DNA from: Acidimicrobiia bacterium
GTDB taxonomy: Bacteria > Actinomycetota > Acidimicrobiia > IMCC26256 > JACDBD01
Length of the DNA stretch: 34,004 nucleotides
Assembly (NCBI GenBank): GCA_035264545.1
Contig: DATFPZ010000150.1
Span: 1-34,004, forward strand
Direction of reading: 5' to 3'
Part shown: piece by piece, positions 23,006 to 32,432 of the stretch
Position numbering within the stretch: position 1 is the stretch's first letter
Layout of the letters: each line of letters begins with the position of its first letter
The notes under the pieces: generated by a model
What the model saw: only the letters and a program-made list of their open reading frames with translations
What the model was told of the DNA's origin: nothing
Database searches by the model: none
Made by a program: the position numbers and the translations under genes

Positions 23006-23536
23006 ATGGCCGAGACGGCGCGCGAATGGCTGGTCGCCGGCGCCCTCGTCGAGTCCGACGGTCGCTTGCTCTTCGTGCGCAATCAGCGGCGCGGCGGGTA
23101 CGAGGACTGGAGCACGCCGGGCGGTGTCATCGACGCCGACGACGGCTCGCTGCTCGACGGCCTGACGCGCGAGGTCGAAGAGGAGACCGGATTGCGGGTC
23201 ACCGGGTGGGAGGGTCCCCTCTACGAGGTCGAGGCGGTGGCGCCGGATCTCGGCTGGGTGATGCGGTGCGAGGTCCACCGCGCCGTCGACTTCGAGGGTG
23301 AGGTGCGGGTGGCGGACCCCGACGGCATCGTCGTGGAAGCGGCGTTCTTCACCGCCGCCGACGCGGTCGCGATGATCGAGCGCTGCCACCCGTGGGTGGG
23401 CGAGCCGATCGCCGAATGGCTCGCCGAGCAGTGGGGTCCCGAGAGCGTGCGCCGCTATTCCTACGAGGTCCGCGGCACGGCACGCGCCGAGCTCGAGGTG
23501 ACGCGCACGGACCGCGATGACGCCGTCCGCGACTGA
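23006..23536 (+). CDS. Nudix hydrolase
   Basis: The Nudix box-like segment GGVIDADDGSLLDGLTREVEEETGL has the REVEEETGL core intact, with one extra residue in the loop and Asp in place of the first Glu. 176 aa. Confidence 0.75.
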   Translation: MAETAREWLVAGALVESDGRLLFVRNQRRGGYEDWSTPGGVIDADDGSLLDGLTREVEEETGLRVTGWEGPLYEVEAVAPDLGWVMRCEVHRAVDFEGEVRVADPDGIVVEAAFFTAADAVAMIERCHPWVGEPIAEWLAEQWGPESVRRYSYEVRGTARAELEVTRTDRDDAVRD

Positions 23537-24764
23537 GCTCACAATCCTTCATCTCGACCTCGACGCGTTCTACGCGTCGGTCGAGCAGCTCGCCGATCCG
23601 TCCCTGCGCGGGCGGCCGGTCATCGTCGGCGGGCTCGGGCGGCGAGGCGTCGTCGCCGCCGCCAGCTACGAGGCCCGCCGGTACGGCGTCCACTCGGCCA
23701 TGCCCATGGGCCGTGCCCGGCGAGCCTGCCCGGACGGGGTGTTCCTCGCGCCGCGCTTCGACGCCTACGGCGACGCGAGCCGGTCGGTGATGGCGATCCT
23801 GCGCGAGGTCACGCCGCTCGTCGAGCCGCTCGCGCTCGACGAGGCCTTCCTCGACGTGAGCGGCGCGCGGCGGCTGCACGGGTCGGCACCCGAGATCGCC
23901 ATCGCCGTGCGGCGACGCATCTACGCCGAGACGGGACTGGTGGCATCGGTCGGGGTCGCGAGCACCAAGTTCGTCGCCAAGCTCGCGAGCGATCTCGCCA
24001 AGCCCGATGGGATGCTCGTCGTCGAGGCCGGCACCGAGATCGAGTTCATCCATCCGCTCGAGGTGCGCAGGCTGTGGGGCGTGGGGCCGAAGACGGGGGA
24101 CCGGCTGGCGCAGTTGGGCGTGCGCACGATCGGCGACCTTGCCGCGCTCCCCGAGGAGACGCTCGTGCACACGCTCGGCGACGCGCACGGTCGCCACTTG
24201 TACGCGCTGGCGTGGAACCGGGACGACCGCCCGGTCGAACCGGAGCGGGCGGTGAAGTCGATCGGCCACGAGGAGACGTTCCCGACCGACATCACCGACC
24301 GGGAGATGCTCGGGCGCGAGGTGCTGCGCATGTCGGAGCGAGTGGCCGAACGGCTCCGCGACGCCCGGCAGGCGGGCCGGACCGTGCAGCTCAAGCTGCG
24401 TTACAAGGACTTCCGCACGATCACGAGGTCGCGCACGCTGCCCGAGCCGACGAACCTCGCCGCCGACATCGCCGCCGTCGCGCGTGCGCTCCTCGATGCC
24501 GTCGACATCGGCGAGGGGATCAGGCTGCTCGGCGTCGCGATGCAGCAGCTGCACGCGGTCGACGGGCAGGACGACGGTGTCTCGCACGACCAGCTGCCGC
24601 TCGACATCGATGGTGGCGCGGCGCGCGGAAGCGACCCGCGCCGTCGCGCCGTCGAGGACTCGATGGACGCGGTGCGGCGCCGCTTCGGCGACGATGCCGT
24701 CGGCGCGGCCGCGCTGCTCGATCGGGGCGCGCACGTCGAGCCCGAGCCCGGGGCCGGCCCGTGA
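23517..24764 (+). CDS. dinB: DNA polymerase IV (Y-family)
   Basis: ILHLDLDAFYASVEQ, RGRPVIVGG, AASYEARRYGVHSAM, SIDEAFLDV-like LALDEAFLDVSG, KFVAKLASDLAKPDG. The start overlaps the Nudix gene by 20 nt. Confidence 0.9.
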   Translation: MTPSATELTILHLDLDAFYASVEQLADPSLRGRPVIVGGLGRRGVVAAASYEARRYGVHSAMPMGRARRACPDGVFLAPRFDAYGDASRSVMAILREVTPLVEPLALDEAFLDVSGARRLHGSAPEIAIAVRRRIYAETGLVASVGVASTKFVAKLASDLAKPDGMLVVEAGTEIEFIHPLEVRRLWGVGPKTGDRLAQLGVRTIGDLAALPEETLVHTLGDAHGRHLYALAWNRDDRPVEPERAVKSIGHEETFPTDITDREMLGREVLRMSERVAERLRDARQAGRTVQLKLRYKDFRTITRSRTLPEPTNLAADIAAVARALLDAVDIGEGIRLLGVAMQQLHAVDGQDDGVSHDQLPLDIDGGAARGSDPRRRAVEDSMDAVRRRFGDDAVGAAALLDRGAHVEPEPGAGP

Positions 24765-25837
24765 TCCGCATCGGGATCGTCGGCTGCGGGCACATCGGGA
24801 CGGTGCATTCCTTCGCGCTCCGCCAGCTCGGCGACGCCGGCCTCGTCGACGCACGCGTCGTGGGCACCTTTGACACCGACCACGGACGTGCGGCCGACCT
24901 CGCCCGCCATCACGACGCCCGCGCGTACGAACAGCTCGACGAGCTGCTCGGCGACGTCGACGTCGTGTGGGTGTGCACCTGGACGGCGGCGCACCTCGAG
25001 GCGGTGTGCGCGGCGGGGGAGCGATCTCGCGCCGTCTTCTGCGAGAAGCCGCTGGCGCCGACCCTGGTGGAGGCCGAGCACCTCGCCGGCGTTCTCGGTC
25101 GCGTCCCGCACCAGGTCGGGCTCGTGCTGCGACACGCCCCCGTCTTCCGCGCCGCCGCCGACCTCGTCGCCGAAGGCAAGTACGGGCGACCGCTCACCAC
25201 CGTGCTCCGCGACGACCAGTACTTCCCGATCCAGGGCTTCTACGCGTCGGCGTGGCGCGCCGACGTGACCAGAGCCGGCGGCGGGACGCTGCTCGAGCAC
25301 TCGATCCACGACGTCGACGTGCTGCGCTGGGTGCTCGGTCCCGTGGCCGGCGAGCCCTGCGAGGTCACTGCTCGCGCTGCGTCCATGTTCGAGCACCGCG
25401 GCATCGACGACGCGACGACCGTGACGTTCCGATTCGGAGACGAATCGACTGCGACGATCGTCAGTGTCTGGCACCAGATCCTGACCCGGGAGTCCAGGCG
25501 CCGGTTGGAGGTGTTCTGCGAGGACGCGTTGCTCTGGACGGACGACGACTACCTCGGGCCTCTCCACGTCGAGACCCGGAACGGCGAAGAGCTCGTCGAG
25601 TCGTCGCCGCCGCCGTGGGTCGATCGGTTCCGGGTCGCCGAGGCGCTCGCCAAGCCGCTGGCGCAATATGCCGAGCCGAGCAAGGTCTTCCTCGATGTGT
25701 TGGCCCGCGACGGCCCCCGCGCCCACGGCCATCCGGACGTCGACATCGCGATCGCGGCTCACCGGCTCGTCGACCGCGCCTACCAGTCGGCCGGCGCGGG
25801 CGGTGGACCGGTCCCGTGCGATCCCTCGGCCGGGTGA
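24761..25837 (+). CDS. Gfo/Idh/MocA-family NAD(P)-dependent oxidoreductase
   Basis: GTG 24761 is in a GTGA overlap with the dinB stop. IRIGIVGCGHIG Rossmann start, CEKPLA motif, C-terminal alpha/beta domain. The ORF-track start at 24074 lies out of frame inside dinB and is rejected. Confidence 0.75.
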   Translation: MIRIGIVGCGHIGTVHSFALRQLGDAGLVDARVVGTFDTDHGRAADLARHHDARAYEQLDELLGDVDVVWVCTWTAAHLEAVCAAGERSRAVFCEKPLAPTLVEAEHLAGVLGRVPHQVGLVLRHAPVFRAAADLVAEGKYGRPLTTVLRDDQYFPIQGFYASAWRADVTRAGGGTLLEHSIHDVDVLRWVLGPVAGEPCEVTARAASMFEHRGIDDATTVTFRFGDESTATIVSVWHQILTRESRRRLEVFCEDALLWTDDDYLGPLHVETRNGEELVESSPPPWVDRFRVAEALAKPLAQYAEPSKVFLDVLARDGPRAHGHPDVDIAIAAHRLVDRAYQSAGAGGGPVPCDPSAG

Positions 25838-25938
25838 TCAAGGAACGCAGGCGCGTTGAGGGGGGTTGGACCGCGCGCGACAATGAATTGCACCCCATTG
25901 GGCGGAGCACAACGCGCTGAAGCGCAAGAGGCGATTGC

Positions 25939-26319
25939 ATGCCCCTCTCGGAAGACGAGCAGCGGATCCTCAAGGAGATCGAGGCCAACCTCACCGAGAC
26001 CGATCCCCGGCTGGTCCAAGAGGTCTCCGAGACGACCCTCTACCGGCACTCGGCCCGAGCGATCAAGTGGGCGGTGTTCGGCTTCGTGGCCGGCCTCGCC
26101 CTCCTTCTCTTCACGTTCACCCGGGTGCTCCTGCTCGGGGTGGTCGGGTTCCTGGTCATGCTGGCGTGCCTGCTGGTGATCGAGCGGAACGTCCGGAAGC
26201 TGGGGAAGGCGGGCCTCGAGAACCTCACCAGCTCGGTGCGCACCGGGGCGCTCAAGAACGTGTTCGGGAACGCCGGGCGGCGCTGGCGCGAGCGCTGGCG
26301 TCGCGACGACCAGTCCTGA
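25939..26319 (+). CDS. DUF3040-type small membrane protein
   Basis: MPLSEDEQRILKEIEANLTETDPRL followed by two TM helices and a basic tail is the typical DUF3040 layout. AAGAGG lies 7 nt upstream of ATG 25939. Confidence 0.7.
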   Translation: MPLSEDEQRILKEIEANLTETDPRLVQEVSETTLYRHSARAIKWAVFGFVAGLALLLFTFTRVLLLGVVGFLVMLACLLVIERNVRKLGKAGLENLTSSVRTGALKNVFGNAGRRWRERWRRDDQS

Positions 26320-26332
26320 CCCGGCGGTCGCC

Positions 26333-26857
26333 GTGGGCTTCACGGCCGCGCAGGCCGCCCGCTTGACCGGTTGCTCGCTGTCGCAGCTCAGCTCGTGGGA
26401 GCGGCTCGGCCTCGTCGTGCCGCCCCCGGGGCGGACGCACCCGTACACGTTCCAGGACCTCGTCGCGCTCCGGGTCGTGGCCTCGCTCCTCGACGCCGGT
26501 CTCTCCCTCGCCCGCATCCGCCGAGCCGTCCAGTATCTCGTCGAATCGGGCGAGGACGTCGCAGCGCTGTCGCTCGTCACCGACGGCGACACCGTGTGGG
26601 CGTGCCGCGATGACGGACAGATCCTCGACGCGCTGCGTCACGGGCAGCTCGCCCTCTTCGTCGGTCTCGACCGCGTCACGGAGGACGTGGCGGCCGAAGT
26701 CCGCGCGTTCGACGCCGAACGTCAGGAGTTCGTCGACGGGCTGCGAGACGGCGAACTGGACGTGACCGAGCCGCCTCCTACCGGCGAAGCGGCGTCAGGT
26801 CGAGCCGGCGGCGCCAGCGCTCGCGGACGCTCGCGCCGGCGCGCAACGCCGAACTGA
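26333..26857 (+). CDS. MerR-family HTH transcriptional regulator
   Basis: GTG 26333. FTAAQAARLTGCSLSQLSSWERLGLV...YTFQDLVALRVVASLL is an N-terminal MerR winged HTH. The C-terminal tail is low-complexity and overlaps the convergent transglutaminase gene by 80 nt. Confidence 0.65.
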   Translation: MGFTAAQAARLTGCSLSQLSSWERLGLVVPPPGRTHPYTFQDLVALRVVASLLDAGLSLARIRRAVQYLVESGEDVAALSLVTDGDTVWACRDDGQILDALRHGQLALFVGLDRVTEDVAAEVRAFDAERQEFVDGLRDGELDVTEPPPTGEAASGRAGGASARGRSRRRATPN

Positions 26858-29021
26858 CGGAGCTCGCGTCACGCCACGCCTGGCGGGCGACCTCGGCGTC
26901 CGGCGTCACGGATCCATACCGCGCCGCGCTATAGCGTTCCGCGAGGTGCCGAAGCGGCGGGCCGGCGGCGTCCGGGACACGCCCCGGCACCAGCTCGGCG
27001 AGCTCGAGTGGGGTCCGCGCCGGCTGGCGCTCGACACCGGCCTCGCCCAGCCGGTCGAGCACCTCCTCCCACGCGCCGGTGATCGCGGCCGCGGGATCCG
27101 GATCATCGCGCCGACGCCGGCGCCGCCGCCGCTTGGCGAGGACGATCGCCACGGCAACGCCCGCCGCGCCGGCCATCGCGCCGGCAAGCAGGGCCATCGC
27201 GATCTTCCAGTCGAATGTGAAGCCTCCCCGCCCGCGGTCCGCGGCCGGTGCGTCGATGTCGACCTGCGCGGTGCCGCGTGGCGCCGGAGCGGCGCTGGTC
27301 GGCGGCACGGAACCGACCGGCGTGCTCGTCGCCGGCGCGGGTGTGGCGGGCGCCGACGGTGTCGTCAGGCGCGCACCTCCCCGGCTGCCGCCGGGCAGGT
27401 CGCTGTCGGGGGTGGGCTCGAAGCGCGTCCAACCGACGCCCGCGAGCCAGACCTCACCCCAGGCGTGTGCGTCTTCCGACGTGACGCGGTAGATGCCGGA
27501 GATGCTGTCGTAGCGGCCCGGCGTGTAGCCGACCGCGACGCGCGCCGGCAGGCCGGCGGCGCGGGCCATCGCGGTGAAGCTGCTCGCGAACTGCACGCAG
27601 AAACCGGTGCGGCTCTGCAGGAACTGGCTGATCGCGTTCTGGCTCTGCGCGTCGGGCCCGAGGTCGACGTCGAGCGAGTAGTGGAAGCCCTGGGCCGGAT
27701 CGAGGAAGAACTGCTCCAGGGCGCGGGCGCGGTCGTAGGCGTTGGTCGCGCCGGCGGTGATCGCGAGGGCCGTGTCGCGTACGTCATTGGGGAAGTCGAC
27801 GGGGAGCCTCGTGTAGCCGCGCATCTCCGGCGGGAGGGGCGCGTTGGTGGCGTCGACCTGCGGGGTGGTGAGCGTCTCCGGCGGTTGCCGCGAGCTGACC
27901 GTGTACGTCAGGTCGGTCACGTCGGATCGGTTCGACACCAGCGTGCTCGACGCCTTCACGACGAGCGGGTCGTCGCCTCCTTCGAGCTCCATCGGCTCGT
28001 ACGCGGCGGGGAGCCATCGGTCGGCGAGGCCGGTGATGTGGAACTCCTGGCGCAGCATGGTGCTGTCGACGGGCGCGTGAAGCCCGTCCTGCACCTCGCC
28101 GTTGCCCTGGGCGGCGAGCGTCCACTGACCACCGTTCGTGCTCTCGTACCGGTCGAGTGCCGCGACGCGCCAGTAGTCCTCGCGCGGTGAGCGCACCGTG
28201 AACACCTCGACCCGGCCGCGCCCGACGAAGTCCTCGCCGATGCGGGCCAGCGGAGGCTCGACGCGGTAGCCACGGTCGTTCGGCCCGAGACCGCGCACGT
28301 CGATGAGTGGATCGGCGTCCGCGCCGGGGAGCGCCGGGCCGATCACCAGTCCGCCCACCACCGCGACGGCGCCGGCGAGGGCACCGAGGGTCATGACCGT
28401 TGTGCCGGCTCGCACGCGCCGGCCGGAGAACGAGGCCCGGCCCCGTCCGACGAGCGACTGGTGCTGCACGAGGAGGAACAAGAGCGCCGCGATCAGGAAG
28501 CCGGCGGTGGTTCGGGTCGCCAGCGAGTTGGTGCCGAGCGTCGACGCCCACACGAATAATGCGAGGGCGGGAGCGACGGCGCCGATCGTGGCGCGTCGCC
28601 AGAATGCGAGCGCGTCCGCGGTCACGGCCATGACCCATACGACGAGAACGGAGAGCACGATCGCGCCGTTCGTGGCCGGGGCGGGCACGACCGCGGTCCG
28701 CAGCTCGTGCACGCCGTCGCCCAGCCGGTCGGCGAGGACGCGGAACGTATCCGCCGTCGGGATGCCGTAGAGCGTCGTGTGCGGCGCCTGGAACCAGATC
28801 AGGTACACGGCCAGCCCGGACATCGACAGCGAGAGCGCGTCGATGAGGGACCAGCCGCGCGTGCGCGCGACGAAGCCGAGGAGGTGCGCCAGCAGGACCG
28901 CGCCCACGACGGGGAGCACGAACCGCCCGGACGCGAAGACGCGTCCGAGGGTCAGGACGGCCGCGGTGCTCAGCGCGGCGAGCGCGAGCGTGGCGAGCGC
29001 GGAGGAGGTGCGAGATGCCAT
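26778..29021 (-). CDS. transglutaminase-like membrane protein (multi-TM N-terminus, TGase core, DUF4129-like tail)
   Basis: About six N-terminal TM helices. Core: GFCVQFASSF (Cys), DAHAWGEVW (His), WTRFEPTP. Then a P/A/T-rich linker, a TM helix, a poly-Arg stretch and a C-terminal helical domain. ATG 29021 (MASRTSS) is chosen; the upstream alternative (ORF-track start 29093) would deepen the overlap. Confidence 0.8.
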   Translation of the reverse strand: MASRTSSALATLALAALSTAAVLTLGRVFASGRFVLPVVGAVLLAHLLGFVARTRGWSLIDALSLSMSGLAVYLIWFQAPHTTLYGIPTADTFRVLADRLGDGVHELRTAVVPAPATNGAIVLSVLVVWVMAVTADALAFWRRATIGAVAPALALFVWASTLGTNSLATRTTAGFLIAALLFLLVQHQSLVGRGRASFSGRRVRAGTTVMTLGALAGAVAVVGGLVIGPALPGADADPLIDVRGLGPNDRGYRVEPPLARIGEDFVGRGRVEVFTVRSPREDYWRVAALDRYESTNGGQWTLAAQGNGEVQDGLHAPVDSTMLRQEFHITGLADRWLPAAYEPMELEGGDDPLVVKASSTLVSNRSDVTDLTYTVSSRQPPETLTTPQVDATNAPLPPEMRGYTRLPVDFPNDVRDTALAITAGATNAYDRARALEQFFLDPAQGFHYSLDVDLGPDAQSQNAISQFLQSRTGFCVQFASSFTAMARAAGLPARVAVGYTPGRYDSISGIYRVTSEDAHAWGEVWLAGVGWTRFEPTPDSDLPGGSRGGARLTTPSAPATPAPATSTPVGSVPPTSAAPAPRGTAQVDIDAPAADRGRGGFTFDWKIAMALLAGAMAGAAGVAVAIVLAKRRRRRRRRDDPDPAAAITGAWEEVLDRLGEAGVERQPARTPLELAELVPGRVPDAAGPPLRHLAERYSAARYGSVTPDAEVARQAWRDASSVSSALRAGASVRERWRRRLDLTPLRR

Positions 29022-30196
29022 CGGGTCATTGCCTGGTTCCAGGCGGTCGGGAAGGGTGTCCGGGACGCGTCGACGGCGACGAGCCCGGACCACGTGACGA
29101 GCGCGGGCGGCGGTTGTGTGCCGCGACGCGTGGCGACCATTACCACCGTGCCGTGAGCCGTGAGCGCGCCGAGCGCGTCGAGCTCGACGGCGTTCAGGGA
29201 GCCGACGACGGCCACGACCAGCGCGGCGCGCCGGTGGGCCCGCAGTGACGCGAGCACGCCAGCGAGGCGGTCCTCACCTCCGGGCTGGATCGTCGCGAGC
29301 CGGTCCATCACTGCCCACCCCGCTCGCGTCGTCGGCGCACCGAGCGACTGCCCGTTGCTCGCGATCACCTCGACCCGGCGGCGCATCCTCGTGAGACGGT
29401 CGACGATGGATGCGGTCGCCTCGATCGCGGTCTCGAACGACCGGGCGTCGTGGGCGCCGGGCCGGGTGTCGAGCACGACGATGGCGCGGGCGCGCCACTG
29501 GGCCTCGTCCTGGCGGATCATGAGATCCCCGACGCGGGCCGTCGAACGCCAGTGCACGCGCCGCAGGTCGTCGCCGACCTCGTACTCCCGCAGCGTGAGG
29601 AAGTCCTCGCCGTCGGCGGCCTGGGCTCGGGCGTGCGCCGTCTCGACCGACGCGACGAGCCGGCCGCCTGCTTGACGCGGGGCGATGATGTCGTGCACGC
29701 GGGGGCACACGAGGACCTCGCTGAGCGCCGTGAGCGTCCACGTTCGCCGGGCGAGGCCGAACGGGTCCGAGGCCGACACCGCCAGCGGCCCGATCCGGAA
29801 CCGGCCCCGCCGGTTGGTGGGCAGGTGGTACGCGGCCTTCGCCGCCTCGCCCGGCGGGAGGGGCGGCAGGACGAAGCGCGCGGCGCGGTGGCCGTCGTCG
29901 AAGACGTCGGTGACGGTCAGGAGGGGCGTCGCCCGGTCAGAGCGGTTCGCGAGCGTGAGGTCGACGCGACCGTCGCCGCCCACGTACAGACGTGCCGGCC
30001 GGACCGCGCGCCGGGCGACGAGGTCGTAGCGGCGCGACCGGGCCCACACCACGCTCGTGGCCAGCAGCAGCGCGATGCCCGTGGTGAGGATCCACATCTC
30101 GACCGTGCCGAGCAGCCGTCCGGCCACGGCCAACCCGAGCGCGGCCCCGGCCAGGCTCCAGCCCCGGCGGGTGAGGACGCGGGGCGACGAGCGCAT
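28970..30196 (-). CDS. DUF58-family protein (MoxR-associated, VWA-like)
   Basis: Two N-terminal TM helices, then DFLTLREYEVGDDLRRVHWRSTAR, the hallmark DUF58 block. It lies 6 nt downstream of the moxR stop. Its 3' end overlaps the transglutaminase start by 52 nt. Confidence 0.8.
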   Translation of the reverse strand: MRSSPRVLTRRGWSLAGAALGLAVAGRLLGTVEMWILTTGIALLLATSVVWARSRRYDLVARRAVRPARLYVGGDGRVDLTLANRSDRATPLLTVTDVFDDGHRAARFVLPPLPPGEAAKAAYHLPTNRRGRFRIGPLAVSASDPFGLARRTWTLTALSEVLVCPRVHDIIAPRQAGGRLVASVETAHARAQAADGEDFLTLREYEVGDDLRRVHWRSTARVGDLMIRQDEAQWRARAIVVLDTRPGAHDARSFETAIEATASIVDRLTRMRRRVEVIASNGQSLGAPTTRAGWAVMDRLATIQPGGEDRLAGVLASLRAHRRAALVVAVVGSLNAVELDALGALTAHGTVVMVATRRGTQPPPALVTWSGLVAVDASRTPFPTAWNQAMTRWHLAPPPRSPRSRSPR

Positions 30197-30202
30197 CGAC
30201 CG

Positions 30203-31171
<969 letters not shown>

Positions 31172-31229
31172 GGCGATCAGCCTAAAGGGTGGGCACCGAG
31201 AGCCGAGCCCGGCCCGGCACAATCAGACC

Positions 31230-31502
31230 ATGACCGGTGGCCCTCGCTTCTGGACCGGCGCCGCGCTCGAGCTGGCGCGCCACCCGCCGCTGTGGCCGAC
31301 GGCGGTCGCGCAGGCGGGAAGGCTCGCCCGCCCGCGCTGGTGGCGCCACCCGCCGTTCCTGCCCGTCCCGCACCGTGACTACCTCCGCCACCGGCTCGAG
31401 ACGCAGTACGGACGGGACCACGAACCCGAGTCTCACGACGTGATCACGTACCTCGAATGGTGCCGTCAGATGACGCGTCTTCGACGCGGCACCCGCCGGT
31501 AG
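31230..31502 (+). CDS. hypothetical 90-aa Trp/Arg-rich protein
   Basis: ATG 31230, GC3-rich codons, no motif I recognise (…RPRWWRHPPFLPVPHRDYLRHRLETQYG…YLEWCRQM). Divergent from moxR and upstream of the HNH gene. Confidence 0.45.
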   Translation: MTGGPRFWTGAALELARHPPLWPTAVAQAGRLARPRWWRHPPFLPVPHRDYLRHRLETQYGRDHEPESHDVITYLEWCRQMTRLRRGTRR

Positions 31503-31546
31503 ACTGCCGCCGCACGGCGAGAGCCGGAGAAGGAGGTCTCGAACGC

Positions 31547-32056
31547 TTGGGGAGAGCGCTGCTGCTCAACGCCAGCTTCGAGCCGCTCTGCGTCGTGCCG
31601 ATGCGCAGGGCGGTCGTACTCGTGCTGAAGGACAAGGCCGAGATCATCGCCCGCAACGGGGGTGAGCTCCACTCCGAGCGCGCCGTCCTCCCCATCCCCT
31701 CCGTGATCCGCCTCGTGCACTTCGTGCGGGTGCCGTTCCGCAACCGGGTTCCACTGTCGCGCCGGGCCGTCTTCGCCCGCGATCGCCACCGCTGCCAGTA
31801 CTGCAACCACGGCGCCGAGAACATCGATCACGTCGTGCCCCGGTCCCGGGGCGGCGAGCACACCTGGGACAACGTCGTCGCCTCCTGCCGCGCCTGCAAC
31901 GCGCGCAAGGAGGACCGCCTCCCTCAGGAGTGCGGGCTCTCCCTCCGCCGCCACCCCCGGGCGCCGCACGCGTCCCTCTGGCTCACCGCCACTGTCGGCT
32001 CCATCGACCCCCTCTGGGAGCCCTACCTCCCCAACGGCGACAGAGTCGTCGCCTAA
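31547..32056 (+). CDS. HNH endonuclease (small McrA-like type conserved in actinobacteria)
   Basis: TTG 31547 lies 10 nt after AGGAGG (31531-31536). LLLNASFEPL start. HNH/zinc motif CQYC...IDHVVPRSRGGEHTWDNVVASCRACNARK. Confidence 0.8.
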   Translation: MGRALLLNASFEPLCVVPMRRAVVLVLKDKAEIIARNGGELHSERAVLPIPSVIRLVHFVRVPFRNRVPLSRRAVFARDRHRCQYCNHGAENIDHVVPRSRGGEHTWDNVVASCRACNARKEDRLPQECGLSLRRHPRAPHASLWLTATVGSIDPLWEPYLPNGDRVVA

Positions 32057-32316
32057 CCCGGTCCAGCCCACTCGCTCACCGAGGCTTAGCCCGGAGTTGC
32101 CGCGCGCCGTGTGAACGCGACGTGCGGGCGCCGCACGGCCGACCGGGTCCGGCGGACCGGCACCGCTGATCCGGCCGAGCCCCTGCTCACCTCGCTCCGC
32201 TCGGCTCGGGTCTCCGACCCGGGTCTCGGCGGGCGGGCCGGATTGTCCGGCGGCCCGGCCGTCCCTGCGGCGCCCCACACCTTTCTCCCGGTGGTGTGTC
32301 CGGTCGTTATGGGTGG

Positions 32317-32376
32317 CGAGTGGGTGCCAGAGGGTTGACGAGTGGGGAAGCGGGGCGTAGGGTGGCGCGAAGTGGA
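32317..32376 (+). promoter_or_regulatory. phased GTGG(G/C/A) direct repeats, candidate MraZ operator
   Basis: CGAGTGGG occurs at 32317-32324 and again at 32339-32346, GTGGC at 32362-32366 and GTGGA at 32372-32376. GTGG starts fall at 0, +22, +42 and +52, roughly the same helix face. They overlap the candidate promoter. Confidence 0.4.
32335..32363 (+). promoter_or_regulatory. candidate mraZ/dcw promoter TTGACG-17 nt-TAGGGT
   Basis: TTGACG 32335-32340, a spacer of exactly 17 nt, then TAGGGT 32358-32363 (TANNNT). It lies about 70 nt upstream of the mraZ ATG. Confidence 0.5.
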
Positions 32377-32432
32377 GGACGGGGGAGCAATTCGCCGTCC
32401 TTGGGGCGACGACCGACGGGCGAGGGAGCCGG

